The notes: generated from the sequence alone by a model not told the origin. Positions 11,103 through 23,440 are shown, counted from the stretch's first letter. The stretch: DNA of 64,000 nt from Vicugna vicugna (GCA_013265495.1 MU058198.1:6091779-6155778); one strand, 5' to 3'. Numbers and translations: made by a program.

Positions 11103-12941
11103 TGTATTAGTATCCTACTGCTGCTCTAGCAACTGACCACAAGCTTAGTGGCTTATCTTACAGTTCTGGAGGTCAGAAATCCAACTTCCGCTTCACTGCT
11201 CTAAAATCAAGATGTCAGCAGCCCTATGTTCCTTCTGGAGGCTCTAGAGGAAGATCTATTTCCTTGCCTTTTCCATCTTCTAGAGGCCACCTACATTCCT
11301 TGGCTTGTACCCTTTCCTCCTCCTTCAAGGCCAGCAGTGTAGCATCCTCTCTGCTTCCTAACCTCTACTCTCATCCTTATGTCTTCTTTCTGACTGATCT
11401 TCCTGGCTCCCCCTTAGAAGGACCCTTGTGATTACATGAGGCCCACCTAGATATCCAAGATAATCTTCTCCATCTCAAGATCCTTAACTTAGTTATATGT
11501 GCAAAGTCCCTTTGCCATGTAAGGTAGCATTCACCGTCCAAGGGTTTACAACTTGGACATCTTTGGGGCCTACAACACTCTGCCCTCTGGCCTCCAAAGA
11601 TTCAGGTCCATCCCTCATGCAAAATACATCCATCCCATCTCAAGGTTCCCCAGATTCTCAACCCATTATAGTACCAACTTAAGTCTAAAATATCATCCAA
11701 GTCTCATCTGCTCAAAACTCCCAAATCTCATCACCTACATCTAAATTAGATAAGGAAGAGACTATGGGCATTATTTATCTTAGGGCAAAGCTTTTCTCCA
11801 TCTGTGAACTTGTAAAACTAGAAAACAAGTCTGCTCCCAAGTGCGATGGTGGGTCAGGCACAGGATAAAAGGGTTTCTCTGTTACAAAAGGGAGAAGATT
11901 AAAGGAAAAAAAGGTGTCACCAAACCCAAGAAATTTTGAAATCCAACTGGGCAAACTCCATTAAGTTTTAGGGAGTGGGAATAATTCTCTGTAGCTCAGG
12001 ATTCCACCCTCTGGGCCCATGGCTCCACCTTGGGAGTCATTCTTCCTCTTTCATGAAGGGCAGAATGTGTTTGCTGCTATGTAGTTTTATCGACCTGTTT
12101 CCTGCCTGTAGAATTTTGGGAGTCTGACAGCTTCCTTTTACTTTGTCCTTTCCCTCTCCGATGCAGTCCTAGCTGGCAGTTTTTCTGCTGGTGTGACATT
12201 TTAAAAAACGACATGAGTCTCCCATGTATATGTCTAAGATTCATGCCATGACACAAGAGGCTCCTCCGCAAATCCTTCCTGGATAATCCCATCTCTACTC
12301 CTGGCTTCTACTAAGATGTCTAAGAGGGATTCATGTCTAAGCTTCTCAGTGTGATTGAGTACTCTAAACTGTGGCTCCTTCTGAGGTGTTAGCAAAAAAT
12401 TGTCCAGCTGCACCCATGGTTTTTCCTCTAGAGCATGCTTTTCTGACAGTGCTTCTCCCAATTTTAGCATCTTTTGCAACCTGGATAGGCTGAGAGTTTC
12501 CCAAATCATCAAGTCCCAGTTCCTTTTTGCTTAACAGGCTGTCCTTTTCCTCTAGCACTTTACTCTAAGCAGCAAGAAGGAACCAGACTGTTATCTTTAA
12601 CACTTTGCTTGGAAATCTCTTCAGCTAAATATCCAAGTCCATCATTTACAAGTTCCATATATCACATAACTACAGGACATAGTTTAGCTATGATTCTGCA
12701 ACTACATAACAGGATCTTTCCCCCCTCTAGTTTCCAGTGACATGTTCCTTGTTTCCTGAGCCCTCACCAGCAGCACCTTTAACGTCCATATTTCTGTCAT
12801 TGGTCTTTTGGGGATGAATTCTCTAAGATGATCAAAGTTTTTTATATGGCGCTTCTCACTTCTTCACGAGCCCCCACTAATTCACTGGGTCCCAGGGTAA
12901 GGACTTGGACATCTTTGGGGAGTCATTATTCAGCCTGCCAC
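11103..12941 (-). mobile_element. MLT1 (ERVL-MaLR) element: LTR about 11103-11575, internal region about 11576-12880, partial second LTR about 12880-12941
   Basis: LTR motifs (cttacagttctggaggtcagaa, cttgccttttcca.cttctagaggcc); ttggacatctttgggg occurs at both ~11553 and ~12906; MaLR-internal-like sequence lies between. Confidence 0.8.
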
Positions 12942-13354
12942 AACAATTGTTAAGTTTATGGTCAACCATAAACTTGATTGTTTCTTATTTTCTCACAACT
13001 ATGTTAGATACCACAAGGCCTATGGGGACAGTATGGGTAGGCTGAGCGGACAGACTGGTTTTCCCAGAAAGTCCAGTTTACACTTTCTGTTGCAGTGTAA
13101 ATGGAGTGGTGCCCTTAGTCCCTTTCTTAAGCATCCTGGCTTTGGTGATACATTTTCTGATCACTGTAAGTGTAGAGCTGAACGCTTTAAGATTATAAAT
13201 CTACAATCTCATGGAGATGAAACATGTACAAAACATTATCAAACGGCTATAGTTAAGTCCTAAATGCTATGACACTTCAGTGCTTCCAAGCATCCTTCAA
13301 TACCCACAAGTATCTGCCAAACATTTCACCATCTGGAATATCAGGATCATTTGG

Positions 13355-13495
13355 AGGCCTCAAAGTGTGTGGTCCCTGGACCAGTAGCATCAGCATCACC
13401 TTGTTGGAAAGGCAGATTCTCAGGTCCCATCCAGGACCCACTGAATCAGAAACTCAGGGGGCGGGACCCCACAGTCTGTTTTAACAAGCCCTCAA
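13355..13495. mobile_element. MER5A fragment
   Basis: caaagtgtgtggtccctggaccagtagcatcagcatcacc...actgaatcagaaactc...ttttaacaagccctc. Confidence 0.85.
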
Positions 13496-13790
13496 ATCAA
13501 AACATATGTTACACGCGTGCAGGCACACACACACACACGCTTAGCAGCATCCTAGGCATGTGAACACCACAATTGATACTACACATACTGCTCTGTCCGG
13601 AGCAGAGGGCTCATTTGTCCCTGCCCGTTGTTTCCTCATCTTCAAAGCGATGGCATATATGGGTTGGGATGATTTCAGTAAATGTGAGTTTGGTGGGAAT
13701 AGTTCTTCAGTTCTAACAATCGATTTTCAAATGAGTTTTTCTCACAAGGAACATATTTCATGTTTCACTTCTCTTCTTGACTTTTGGCAG

Positions 13791-14043
13791 GAGCTAAGAA
13801 GAAGCCTGGAACTTAGTGTAAATCTACAAAGGAAAGAAAAGGATTGTTCCAGCGACGAGTATGACTCTATCGAAGAAGACGTACCCTCTGAGCCAGAGCC
13901 CGAGGATCATCCTAGAGATGACCCCCCTCCTTCCAGTGGGGACCCAGGCCAGAAGGATGTTTCCGAAGACCCGGAGACAGAAAGACACCCTTTCCAGGGC
14001 CCAGACACCCTCGTAGTGCTGGAGTTTAACCCGGCTTCCGAAA
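13791..14043 (+). CDS. KATNIP: KATNIP coding exon A (253 nt, phase 0 to 1): ELRRSLELSVNLQRKEKDCSSDEYDSIEED...TLVVLEFNPASE
   Basis: Acceptor cttttggcag|GAG, donor GAAA|gtaagc; lies within ORF 13560..14108. Confidence 0.95.
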
Positions 14044-15024
14044 GTAAGCTCTGTCTTATGTGGCATTTCTTTGCCTTTGATGTCTCTGGATCTAATAGTA
14101 AGACCTAAATTTCCATCCATACTGTGGATTCAGCTTTGGGAAGGCTGTCTCACAGGCCAGGGAGTACATCAGGCAGGTCTCTGCTGATCGCAAGAGGCAA
14201 AGGCTCACAAAGGCTTACAGATGACCCTGAAATTCCGGATGGTAAATGTCTGGCAGGTAGTTGTCGGGGGCTGTCCTGGGCGTTGTAGGATGATCGCACG
14301 CCAGCTGGCTCATGAAACTGACTTAAGCAAAAGAGACTATTTCTTGACTTGCTAACTGAGGTGTCCCGGGCTGCAGCAGGACTCATTTCTCTCCCCACTC
14401 CCTCCCTCCCCTTCCCTTCTCTCTTTCCTCCCTCTTGTCTCTGCCTTTTTTTGTCTTGGTATCATTCTCACACGCGCTTTCCTCACATAGACACAGAATT
14501 GAGACATTGGCTTTGCAACTCCATCAGAAAGTGGATTTCCCTTCCTAAAAGCTCCAGCAAATGTCCCAGGCCTGGCTCTGGAACTCACATTGGGGTCATG
14601 TCTCTGACCTAGTCCCTGTGGCTCTGATAGGCCAGGTCCAGCCAACAGGACTACTGGAGTGTTTATCACCACCCAAACCACATGGACGAATAATAGCTTC
14701 CAAAGGAAAATCAAGCTAAATCTGAAGAAGGGAAGCAGCTGGCCACCGACAATGGCTATCCACTAGAAGAGGCTTTTCAGAAAAGACCCTGAAAGTTAGA
14801 CTCAACAAGACAGTTGGTGGGTAGCAGGGAGAGCCTATTGGACAGAGTCCTCGTCCCCTATCCCGAGCTGGCATGGCCTCTGCCTCCTCCTCCCTCTCCC
14901 TTAGGAGCTCATTCTCCCCAGAGCTGAGTGTGCTGTATTTCCTGAACCAAACCCCAAGCCCAACCAGGGGGGGAGCATGAATGAACAGAAGGAAAGAGAA
15001 GTGAGGGAAGGTTTGAGATCAAGC

Positions 15025-15410
15025 AGTATTTTCATCCACCAGGGCTGCCATGACCAAATACACAGACAGGGGCTGCTGAATCAGCAATGGAAAGGTATTT
15101 TCTGACAATTCTGGAGGCTGGAAGTCCAAGGTCAGGGTGTGGGCAGGGCTGGTGTCTCCTGAGGCCTCTCTCCTGGGCTTGTACACGGCCGTCTTCTCCC
15201 GGTGTCTTCACACGGTCTTCCCTCTGTGTGGGTCTGTGTCCTGACCGCCTCTTCCTATAAGACACCAGTCAGATGGGATTCGCGCCCACTCTCAAGGCCT
15301 CGTCTTACCTTCACTGCCTCTCTAGAGACCCCATCTCCAAATGAAGCCACATTCTGAGGTACTGGAGGTTAGGACTTGAACACGTGAGTCTTGGGGGGAC
15401 AGTAATAACA
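15025..15410 (-). mobile_element. MLT1A/B-type solo LTR
   Basis: caattctggaggctggaagtccaaggtcagggtg...tctccaaat...cacattctgaggtactggaggttaggactt. Confidence 0.88.
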
Positions 15411-16364
15411 GGCAGCTCTGGAAAGCCTACACCCGGCGGTTGGCGGCTCCAGGGAAGAGAGTGTCCCGTCCCTCAGCCGTGCTCTCCCCGTGTTCTCTCA
15501 CCTCCTTGCTCGGGCTCTTCCCTCCACCTCGATCACCACTTCGCCTCTCCCCTCCACTCTGACCCACAAAACCTGGCTCTGTGCTTTTCCCTCAAGGCTC
15601 AGCTCGGAGACTGCTTCCTCCAGGAAGCCTCCTTGGCACTGCCAGCCCAGCCAGCTAGGTTGGTGCCTCCTCTGCCCCATAGCATCATCATGGCACTCGT
15701 CTCACTCTCCAGTTGCCTTTCTCCTGCTCCGGCCTACGAGCTCTGCCAGGAACAAGACAGGCACATGCCAGAGACAAGACAGTCATTTCTGGGTGTGAAG
15801 AACCAGGCCCCGGTCCCCAGGCACAGTTTGAGAGATCCCAGGGCATAAAGTGAAAAGGGAGAACTCCTCTCTCTTGCCATTTTACAGTTTTTAATGATTA
15901 GATTGTTTGGCAGGCCTTGCCTTGATCGCAGTGATGTCTGCCGTGGGTGGGCGGGGGTGGCCCAGTATGTGATCCGTGGGGGGCGGCATGCCTGCTTCCT
16001 ACTGCCACGCTCAGCTGCCCCTTTCATCCGCAGCCTCGGGCTGGCTTCTTAGCCACAGCAGGACACAGGCTCCCGCCAAGAGGAGCAGGCGGGAGGCCGA
16101 GGGGCCTGTTATAAGGTCTTCCCAGACCCCAGCATGGGACTGAAGTTCTGAACTAATCCTGAGCATTTACTCAGGAACAGGTAGCCCTAACCGGAAAAGG
16201 TGTGCTTGGTTCTGGGCTGTTCCTTCATTCACTCACTGGGCACGGATCCTGCCCCAGGCACTGTGCTGGGACAAGATGGGCCCAATCGTTCTCCTCCTTC
16301 ACTTAATCGTAGCAGGGAAAACAGACAATAAGCACATAAACCCATAAAAAATAACAGTTGTCGT

Positions 16365-16600
16365 CACTGAGTTCCTAGTAACCTGTGTCAAGCTCTATTC
16401 CCTGGGCTTTACAGGAAGTCCCTCATTTAATCCTCACCACACCCCCAAGGGAAGTCCTAGTCATTGTACTTGTTTTACTGATGGGGAATCTGAAGCACAG
16501 AGAGGTCAAAGAACCTGCCCAAGGTCACACAGCTAGAAGGGGGCAGAATGGAATTGAATCTCCAAGCAGTCTGAGCCCAGATCCTGAGATCTTTAATCAT
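16365..16600 (-). mobile_element. MIR SINE
   Basis: ctcatttaatcctcaccac...ttttactgatggggaatctgaagcacagagaggtcaa...cccaaggtcacacagcta. Confidence 0.85.
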
Positions 16601-17049
16601 TCAATTAAATAAATGAACCAGATGAAGTTACAAAGCGATCGCTGGGCTTTGAGGAGCCTATGAGTCATCCCACTCCTCTCTGTTTCCCCTTCGAAGCTGT
16701 GAAACAACGAGAGGTGGCTGTGGGACTCTGAGAGAAAGTGAGCAAATGATCACCTTTCCCACTGAGAAGAGCTGGATTGGTGGCTGGTCAGTACTGCCCC
16801 TCTGCAGTAGACAGAACCTGTCCCCTAGAAGCAGGCAGAGCTGGACTGCTGATGGCCTCGGCATGGTGGAAGGGAGGCCGTGTGACCTGAGATCAGCTCC
16901 CCCTGGAAGAGGAAAGGAGGAGGGGCTGAGATGAGCCCTGATGGCCTCCTACCCCCACCTTTGTCCTTCTTGTGAGTAAGGGGCAATGAATGAGTGGCAC
17001 AGAGAAAGACAGGAGTTATTTTTCCAGTGGAAAGGGGAGGGCTGAGTCA

Positions 17050-17615
17050 TGGGTCAGAAGTTTGACGTGAGCCTCACTGGGCTAAAATCACTCTGTCAGC
17101 AAGGCTGTGTTCCTTACTGAGGCTTTGGGGGAAAATCTGCTTCCTGGCCTTTTCCACCTGCTAGAGGCTGCTGCATTCCTTGGGTCCTGGCCCCCTTCCT
17201 CCATCTTCAAAGCCAGCAACATTGCATCTCTCTGTGCCTTTCTTCTGTAGTCCCACCTCCCTTTGACCCTCCTCTTTTCCCTGTGTGTGTTTGTATTTTA
17301 TTGAGGTAAAATAAACATAACATAGAATTTACCGTTTTCACCATTTTTAAGAGACAATCTAGTGTCATTAAGTACACTCACACTGCTGGATAACCATCAC
17401 CACTGTCTATGTCCAAAAGGTTTTCATCATCCCGAACTCAAACTGTTCCTCTTCCACTTTTAAGGACCCTCATGATTACAGTGGGTCCAAGATCATTTTC
17501 CTAGTTTAAGGTCAGCTGATTAGCACAGCTAATTCCCCTTGGTCTTGTAGCTTAACACAGTCACAGGTTCTGGGAATTAGAATGTGGCTGTTTTTGAGGT
17601 CCAGTATTCTGCCTA
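17050..17615 (-). mobile_element. MLT1 LTR interrupted by an L1M 3' end (about 17295-17445)
   Basis: MLT1 motifs on both sides (ctagaggctgctgcattcctt; taaggaccctcatgattaca...cacaggttctggg); insert begins tttattgaggtaaaat. Confidence 0.75.
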
Positions 17616-18630
17616 CCCTCCACCCACGAGGCTGGCTGGGGAAATACATGAGATGGTGTGTGCCCAGGACCTACCCCAGTGCCACCTCCCTCCTTCCCCT
17701 TCCTTCCTTCCTCCTTCTTTCTTTTCATTCCTAATTCTCAGATTGTTCCAAGCAGTAATATTCGTGAAACTAAGGTTTGATATGCTAGTTGCTTTTTTTT
17801 TTCTGTACACATTAAGTTAGACAGTTGCTTAAAACGCATCTGCCCCTGTAGCACCTGGGATCATCTCCTGTCCCACCAGTGGTCCAGGCACCCTTCTTTG
17901 GGAAACATTGACTATAAATCCTGGCCTGGGGTCCCTTCACTGTCTGGCTTAACTTACCGCCATCCAGACCTTAGCCACTCACCTGCCATATTCATTGCAT
18001 CCCTCAAGCCTACACACACACTGTTCCCTTTGTCTGCAATACCCCTCAGCAACATCCCAGTCATCTGGAAGGGCTTTCTTCACTGTTGGCTGCACCCCTG
18101 TCAGCCCCATCCTCCAAACTGTATCCTCCTTCTGATCCTGTTACCAGAAACCTTCTTTTCCAGCCCCACTCTCGTATCCATTCAACCATTCCTTATCCTT
18201 GGCTAGGCTGAGTCCCTCAAGGGCAGCAAATATGTTCTACTATGCTTTTCCAACTCCAGAATATCCTTTGTTGCACCGTTATTTTATGTACCATGCTGCC
18301 AATGAAGTCCAACACCCTATCGATGATAAGACTTGTCCCTCTTCAGAAATGTTCAAATTTGAGAACCTGTGTGTGTCCTAGAATAATTCATTTATTTACC
18401 AAAATATGGTGCTTGGCTCATCATGGCTCTCAGCAAACTTGTTTTGTTGTCAGCATTATTTACACCTCTAATCCCAAACTAGCATGGGGCCTGGCACAGA
18501 GCAGGGGCTCAGTAAATATCTGGTGAATGCAGAAGTGGACGCACAAATTAACAGTTGCTGGAGCAGAGTGTCCTAGCTCTGCTTGCACTCAGTGTTTCAC
18601 ATATAAACAGTTGGGTTTCTTTTTTAACAG

Positions 18631-18762
18631 GTAAGAAAAAGGAAAGGAATTTGTCTGCTAAGCGGAAGGACAATGCTGAGGTCTTCATTCCCAGCAAACC
18701 TGAGCCAAATCTGAATCCCCAGCCCCCAACCGTGTTCCCAGACCAGGAGAGGGCATGCTCAA
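18631..18762 (+). CDS. KATNIP: KATNIP coding exon B (132 nt, phase 1 to 1): (S)KKKERNLSAKRKDNAEVFIPSKPEPNLNPQPPTVFPDQERACS
   Basis: Acceptor tttttaacag|GT, donor TCAA|gtaaga; lies within ORF 18555..18830. Confidence 0.94.
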
Positions 18763-18888
18763 GTAAGAGTTCTGGGGCCCCTGAGCGGGGCTGGGGCTGG
18801 GCTGGGATGACTCTCAGTGGGGTGCCGTGATGGAAGAGTCCTTGCGTTGTTACCCTCCTCTCCAGGACCTGAGCTGACCTTTGGCAAA

Positions 18889-19382
18889 TGTATTATTAGA
18901 GGTCTCCAGAGAAACAGAACCAATAGGTCTATATACATATATATGTATATAAAGTCCATTATTAATAGGATGTGTGCATGTGTATGTGTGTGTGTGTATA
19001 TGTAGAGAGAATATATTTATTATCAGGAATTGGCTCATGCAGTTATGGAAACTGGCAAGTCCAATCTGCAGGATAGGTCAGCAGGTCAGGGACTGAGGGA
19101 AAGTCAGTGTTCCAATTCGAAGGGCCAATGTTGCAGGTGAAGTCCGGAGTTAGTCCGCTGGAGGATTCTCTCTTACCCAGGGGAGGATCAGTCTTTCTGT
19201 TTCATGCAGGCCTTCGACTGATTAAGTGGGGCCCACCTATACTATGGAGGGCAAATCTGATTTCTTCTATCAATTAAAAAGTTACTCTCATCCAAAAACA
19301 CTTTCTCGGAAACACCTAGAATAATGTTTGACCAAGTATCTGGGCTCCCCATGGCCCAGTCAAGTGGACACATAAAATCACA
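18889..19382 (-). mobile_element. MLT2 (ERVL) solo LTR with (TA)/(TG) microsatellite
   Basis: ctccagagaaacagaaccaatagg...aggaattggctcatgc...ggcccagtcaagtggacacataaaat. Confidence 0.88.
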
Positions 19383-19515
19383 GGACTTCCTGTTTCTATA
19401 ACAAGATGTGGTAATAATTGAAAATTTATTTTATTTTTGTTTCAACTTTTAAATTAACTTGCTTACTTTATATGGGTAATAATACATGCAAGTGGTACTA
19501 AATTCTAAAGGTACA

Positions 19516-19865
19516 ATCATATGATATCACTTATATATGGAATCTAAAAAAAATGACACAAATGAACTTATTTATAGAACAGAGACAGACCCATAGACAT
19601 AGAAAACAAACTTACGGTTACCAAAGTTGGGGGGTGTGGAGGGATAAATCAGGAATTCAGGATTTGCAGATACTAAGTACTGTATATAAAATAGATAAAC
19701 AACAAGGTCCTACTGTATAGCACAGGGAACTATATTCAATATCTTGTACAACCTATAATGAAAAAGAATATGAAAAGGAATACTGAATCACTATGAAACT
19801 AACACTACCAGAAACTAACACAACATTGTAAATCGACTATATTTCAATTAAAAGATTAAAAAAAA
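19516..19865 (+). mobile_element. 5'-truncated L1 3' end (same subfamily as 181-510)
   Basis: catatgatatcacttatatatggaatct...acagggaactatattcaat...aaactaacacaacattgtaaat, then A tail. Confidence 0.9.
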
Positions 19866-19985
19866 GTTTTAATTAACAAATTAAAGTTACGAGAGTTTAT
19901 GGTGAAAGGTCAGTCTGCCACTCTACTAATGAAATGAGAGGGTCCATTGATTGAGTACTTACCGTGAACCAGCACGGTAAGCACC

Positions 19986-20111
19986 ATTGTAAGCTTTTAT
20001 TATAATTTACTTATGTGTATTACATAGTTTACATACATGCTAATTCTATTGTAAGCTTTTATTATAATTTACTTATGTGTATTACATAGTTTACATACAT
20101 GCTAATTCTAT
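19986..20111. repeat. Perfect 62-bp tandem duplication (2 copies), AT-rich
   Basis: attgtaagcttttattataatttacttatgtgtattacatagtttacatacatgctaattct starts at 19986 and again at 20048. Confidence 0.95.
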
Positions 20112-23100
20112 ATGAAATTTACTTATCTATATATAAGTAAATTATATATGTAATTTATATATGCAAGTAAATTATAATCCTTATCATCAGCCTTTGAGAT
20201 GGGGTCTGGCTTGTGCCCACTTCTCAGATGAGGCACTGAGGCACAGAGCAAGTGACTCACACAGCTGGAAAGCAGCAGATCTAGGCCTCAAACACTGGTG
20301 GAGCAACTCCACTACTGTGTCCTTAACCAGCAGACTGCACACATGGAGGCAGCAGATGAATTGTCTCAGCCTGATGCCTTGGATCCAAACCAGTGGCTGG
20401 AGTGACCCTCTGGGGGCAGCTTGCTTCTGATTACTGTGGCCCAAAGGACCTCAAAGAGCTCAAGGTATTCTGGCATCCCAAGAATTTGAAACCCTGAGGT
20501 TCCCCGGGGTAAAATCCAGCCCCAGCCAGCCAGCCTTCTTACACAAGAGGTCAGGGGTCCTGACCTTGGTGACCATGATGTTCCACCCATGTTGACGGAC
20601 AAGCTGGAGGGACTGTTTCCCACAGGGCCAGGCCAGGGGACCTGATGGTGGGAACCAATGCCTCCTCCAAACAGTCACTGTTCTCAGACCTGGACCAACG
20701 AACTCCAAGCATGAGGCCTGAGGCTTACAGCTCTCTTCCCAGCAGCTCAGGGCAGATGGGAGGAGGAGGAGGAAGTGACAACAACCGCTTCCACTTCCTG
20801 CGCATTTGCTCCCTGCTATGTAAATATTGTCTTTGTTTGGATTCCTCAGAACCTGACTCTGAAATAAGGATGCAAGAACAAGTAATTTAGTTGGGAGGTG
20901 GTCCCTGGGAGGGGACAGGAAAGGAAGGTGCTAAAACTGGCTTTATCACCAAGCAAGTTCACTGGGCAAGTGGTGAGTTACCTGGCTGGAGAGCTCAGGG
21001 GGCAGTGCTGAGCAGAACCCTGGCATTTGACCACTGCTTCCCGCCCCAGGGTGAATGAGGGACCCACCCTCTGTGGTCACGGGTTGCCGACTGTTCCTGG
21101 GGTGTTGACCCTCTAGCACTCTGGCTCTGGGTACCAGTGGAGCCCTGATGCAGACCTGCAGGTGCAGGTCTGGCTGGGGACTGTGGGCAGTAGCGCGCAG
21201 GCGTTCTCTGATTAACCCTTATCAAACCCCAAACCCGACAGGGAGAAAAGATTGTACTAATACAACACAAGGCATTTTATTTTTTTATTTTTTTAAATTT
21301 TTCTAACACCTTTATTGTGGTTTGGTTCCTGTACAGTAAACTACACATATTTCAGATGTACAATTTGATGAATTTTGTTAGTTGTTTACAAGACAAGGCA
21401 TTTTAGACAGCAAGTGATAAAGAGAGTGGATTGAAGGGAGAGTGTCTCCATCAACCCATGTAACTGAAAGTTCGAAAGTGGTGTGATCTTTGGGCACAGC
21501 CGGATCCCAGTGATTAAAGTCTATCAGCAGTCTGCCTCTCTCCACCTCTTGGCTCCGCTTTCTCCTTTGTGCCCTTCATTCTCAGATAAGCTCTTAGGGC
21601 TGCTGAGACAGCCAGCAGCAGCTCTGGGCTGCCAGCCCACCTGCCTAACAACTCTGGCAGGAAGCATGGTGGACTACAGTCTGACTGCCTGGTACAAATT
21701 CTGCCCTTCCACCCTCTAGCTCCGTGACCTTGGGCAGGTTACTTAACCTATCTGAGCCTATCCTCCCATCTGCCAAATAGGGATAGGAATAATATTCACC
21801 TCCAGGGGTCTCTGTAAGGATTAAAGGGCTGGATGGATAGGCTGCTTAGAGGAGCACCCAGCTCAGAGCAAATTCTTGGTCAGGATCAGCTGGAACTGGT
21901 CCCACAACTGCCAGCAAAGTCTTGGAGCTGCTCCCCATTACCTGGCCTAGGTCAGGGGTGGTTCTGGGAAGGAGACACTGATGCTATCACCAGAGGCAGA
22001 GAGAGTGGCTGCCAGGCAGCACACTTGAGGAATTCCCTTATGGATGCTGTTACCCCCATCTCCCATTTCACAGATGAGGAAACCGAGGCTGAGAACATGG
22101 AAGTTACTTGCTGAAAGTAACAGACAGGGCAGCAAAGCCAGGGTTCACTCCCAGGCTCTCAGGCCTGTGCTCTGCCAGGTTGCTTTTCTGGGGCTGGCTG
22201 GCCACAGAGGTGGCTTTGTAGGCACCTGGGTGTAGGTCCTGGCAAGCTTGACTGTGACTCAGACAGTGTTACAGCTGTTGGTTTTTCTGTCCAGAAAATC
22301 GAGGCAGCCGTCAGGGGGCCAGCAGTGAGCATCCTGGGGAGGTGCGCTGTGTACTGAGCACCTACTATGTGCCTGCCCCAGTCCAGGCCCCAGCTGAACC
22401 ATTGTTCCTGCTCTCATGGTGTTTATTTTCATGGGCAGAAATAGATAACAGACACGAAGATGGGGTGGTGACAACTGAGTGGTGGCAGGGCAGAGTGGTT
22501 AGAGGAGGACTTTCCGAGGAAGGGAGATGAGCTGAGACCTGGATGTGAAGGACGAACCCTCAGTAGAAGAGAAAGCCTGTGCAAAGTTCCTGAGGTAGGA
22601 AAGAGCTTCTCAGTTGGCTCAGGAATTGGGAAGAAGGCTGGAGCCTAGGGAGTGAGGGGAGAGCAGCAGAGATCCCAGAGCCGGGATCTGTATCTGGACA
22701 AGCCACACAGTGCTAAGTCCCCTGCAGGAGGGCAGAGGCCTCTGACTTACGTCCTGCCTTAGCAGGGAATGACCCCGGCACTGCAGCCAAACAGAGCCTG
22801 CAATCAGGGGAACTGTCCACATCCCACTGCCATGAAAAGTCAGAATCCAGTGGGCAGAGTTAGGACCAAACTGATTCCTGGAGGCTTTTGGGCAACAGCC
22901 AGAGCCTAGAAAGAGGCCTGTGTGGGGCCCACTCCAGTCTGCACTGCTGGTGTTCGCCCTATGTGACAAATTAAAAATGGCTTTTCAGACAATTCTTCCA
23001 AAACAAGTTGTTAAAAGACATGAAACACAGTAGTGTGCCACTGTGCAGGAACCTTCCAGAGCCTCTGGTACAGCAGGAGCAGCATGATGGTCAAGCATCC

Positions 23101-23194
23101 TTTGAAGTTGCCCTTCTGGGGTCATTGGGACCTGCCTCTTTCATGTGCCGGCCACAGTGGCTAGATATTTCCATATCTGGGTAATAAAATGAAG

Positions 23195-23440
23195 AGCCAG
23201 CACTAACCAAGCCCTGAATGAGCTCCCATGCTGTGTTTTGTACCACACTTGTAATCTTGCCTTTAATCTTCCAGACAACCCTGTGTAGTAGGTACTGCTA
23301 TTATCAACACCATTATAAAGAGGAAACCAAGGCACAGAGAGGTTAAGGAATCTGTCCAAGGTCATACAGCTGGTAAGCGGTAAAGCCAAGTGTTCAAAAA
23401 CCTGGCCACAGGGTATCTGTTCTTAATCACTCCACTGCAT
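23195..23440 (-). mobile_element. MIR SINE
   Basis: tttaatcttccagacaaccctgtg...gaggaaaccaaggcacagagaggttaag...ccaaggtcatacagct. Confidence 0.85.

Noticed and set aside
1..13790. Search for the preceding KATNIP exon
   Set aside because: No segment matching the expected upstream peptide was seen by eye; it probably lies before the window.
13788..13793. NAGNAG tandem acceptor CAG GAG at exon A
   Set aside because: GAG is rarely used as a distal acceptor; nothing supports alternative use.
19986..20111. Direct repeats considered as a CRISPR-like array
   Set aside because: Two abutting copies with no spacers in a mammalian intron; a simple tandem duplication.
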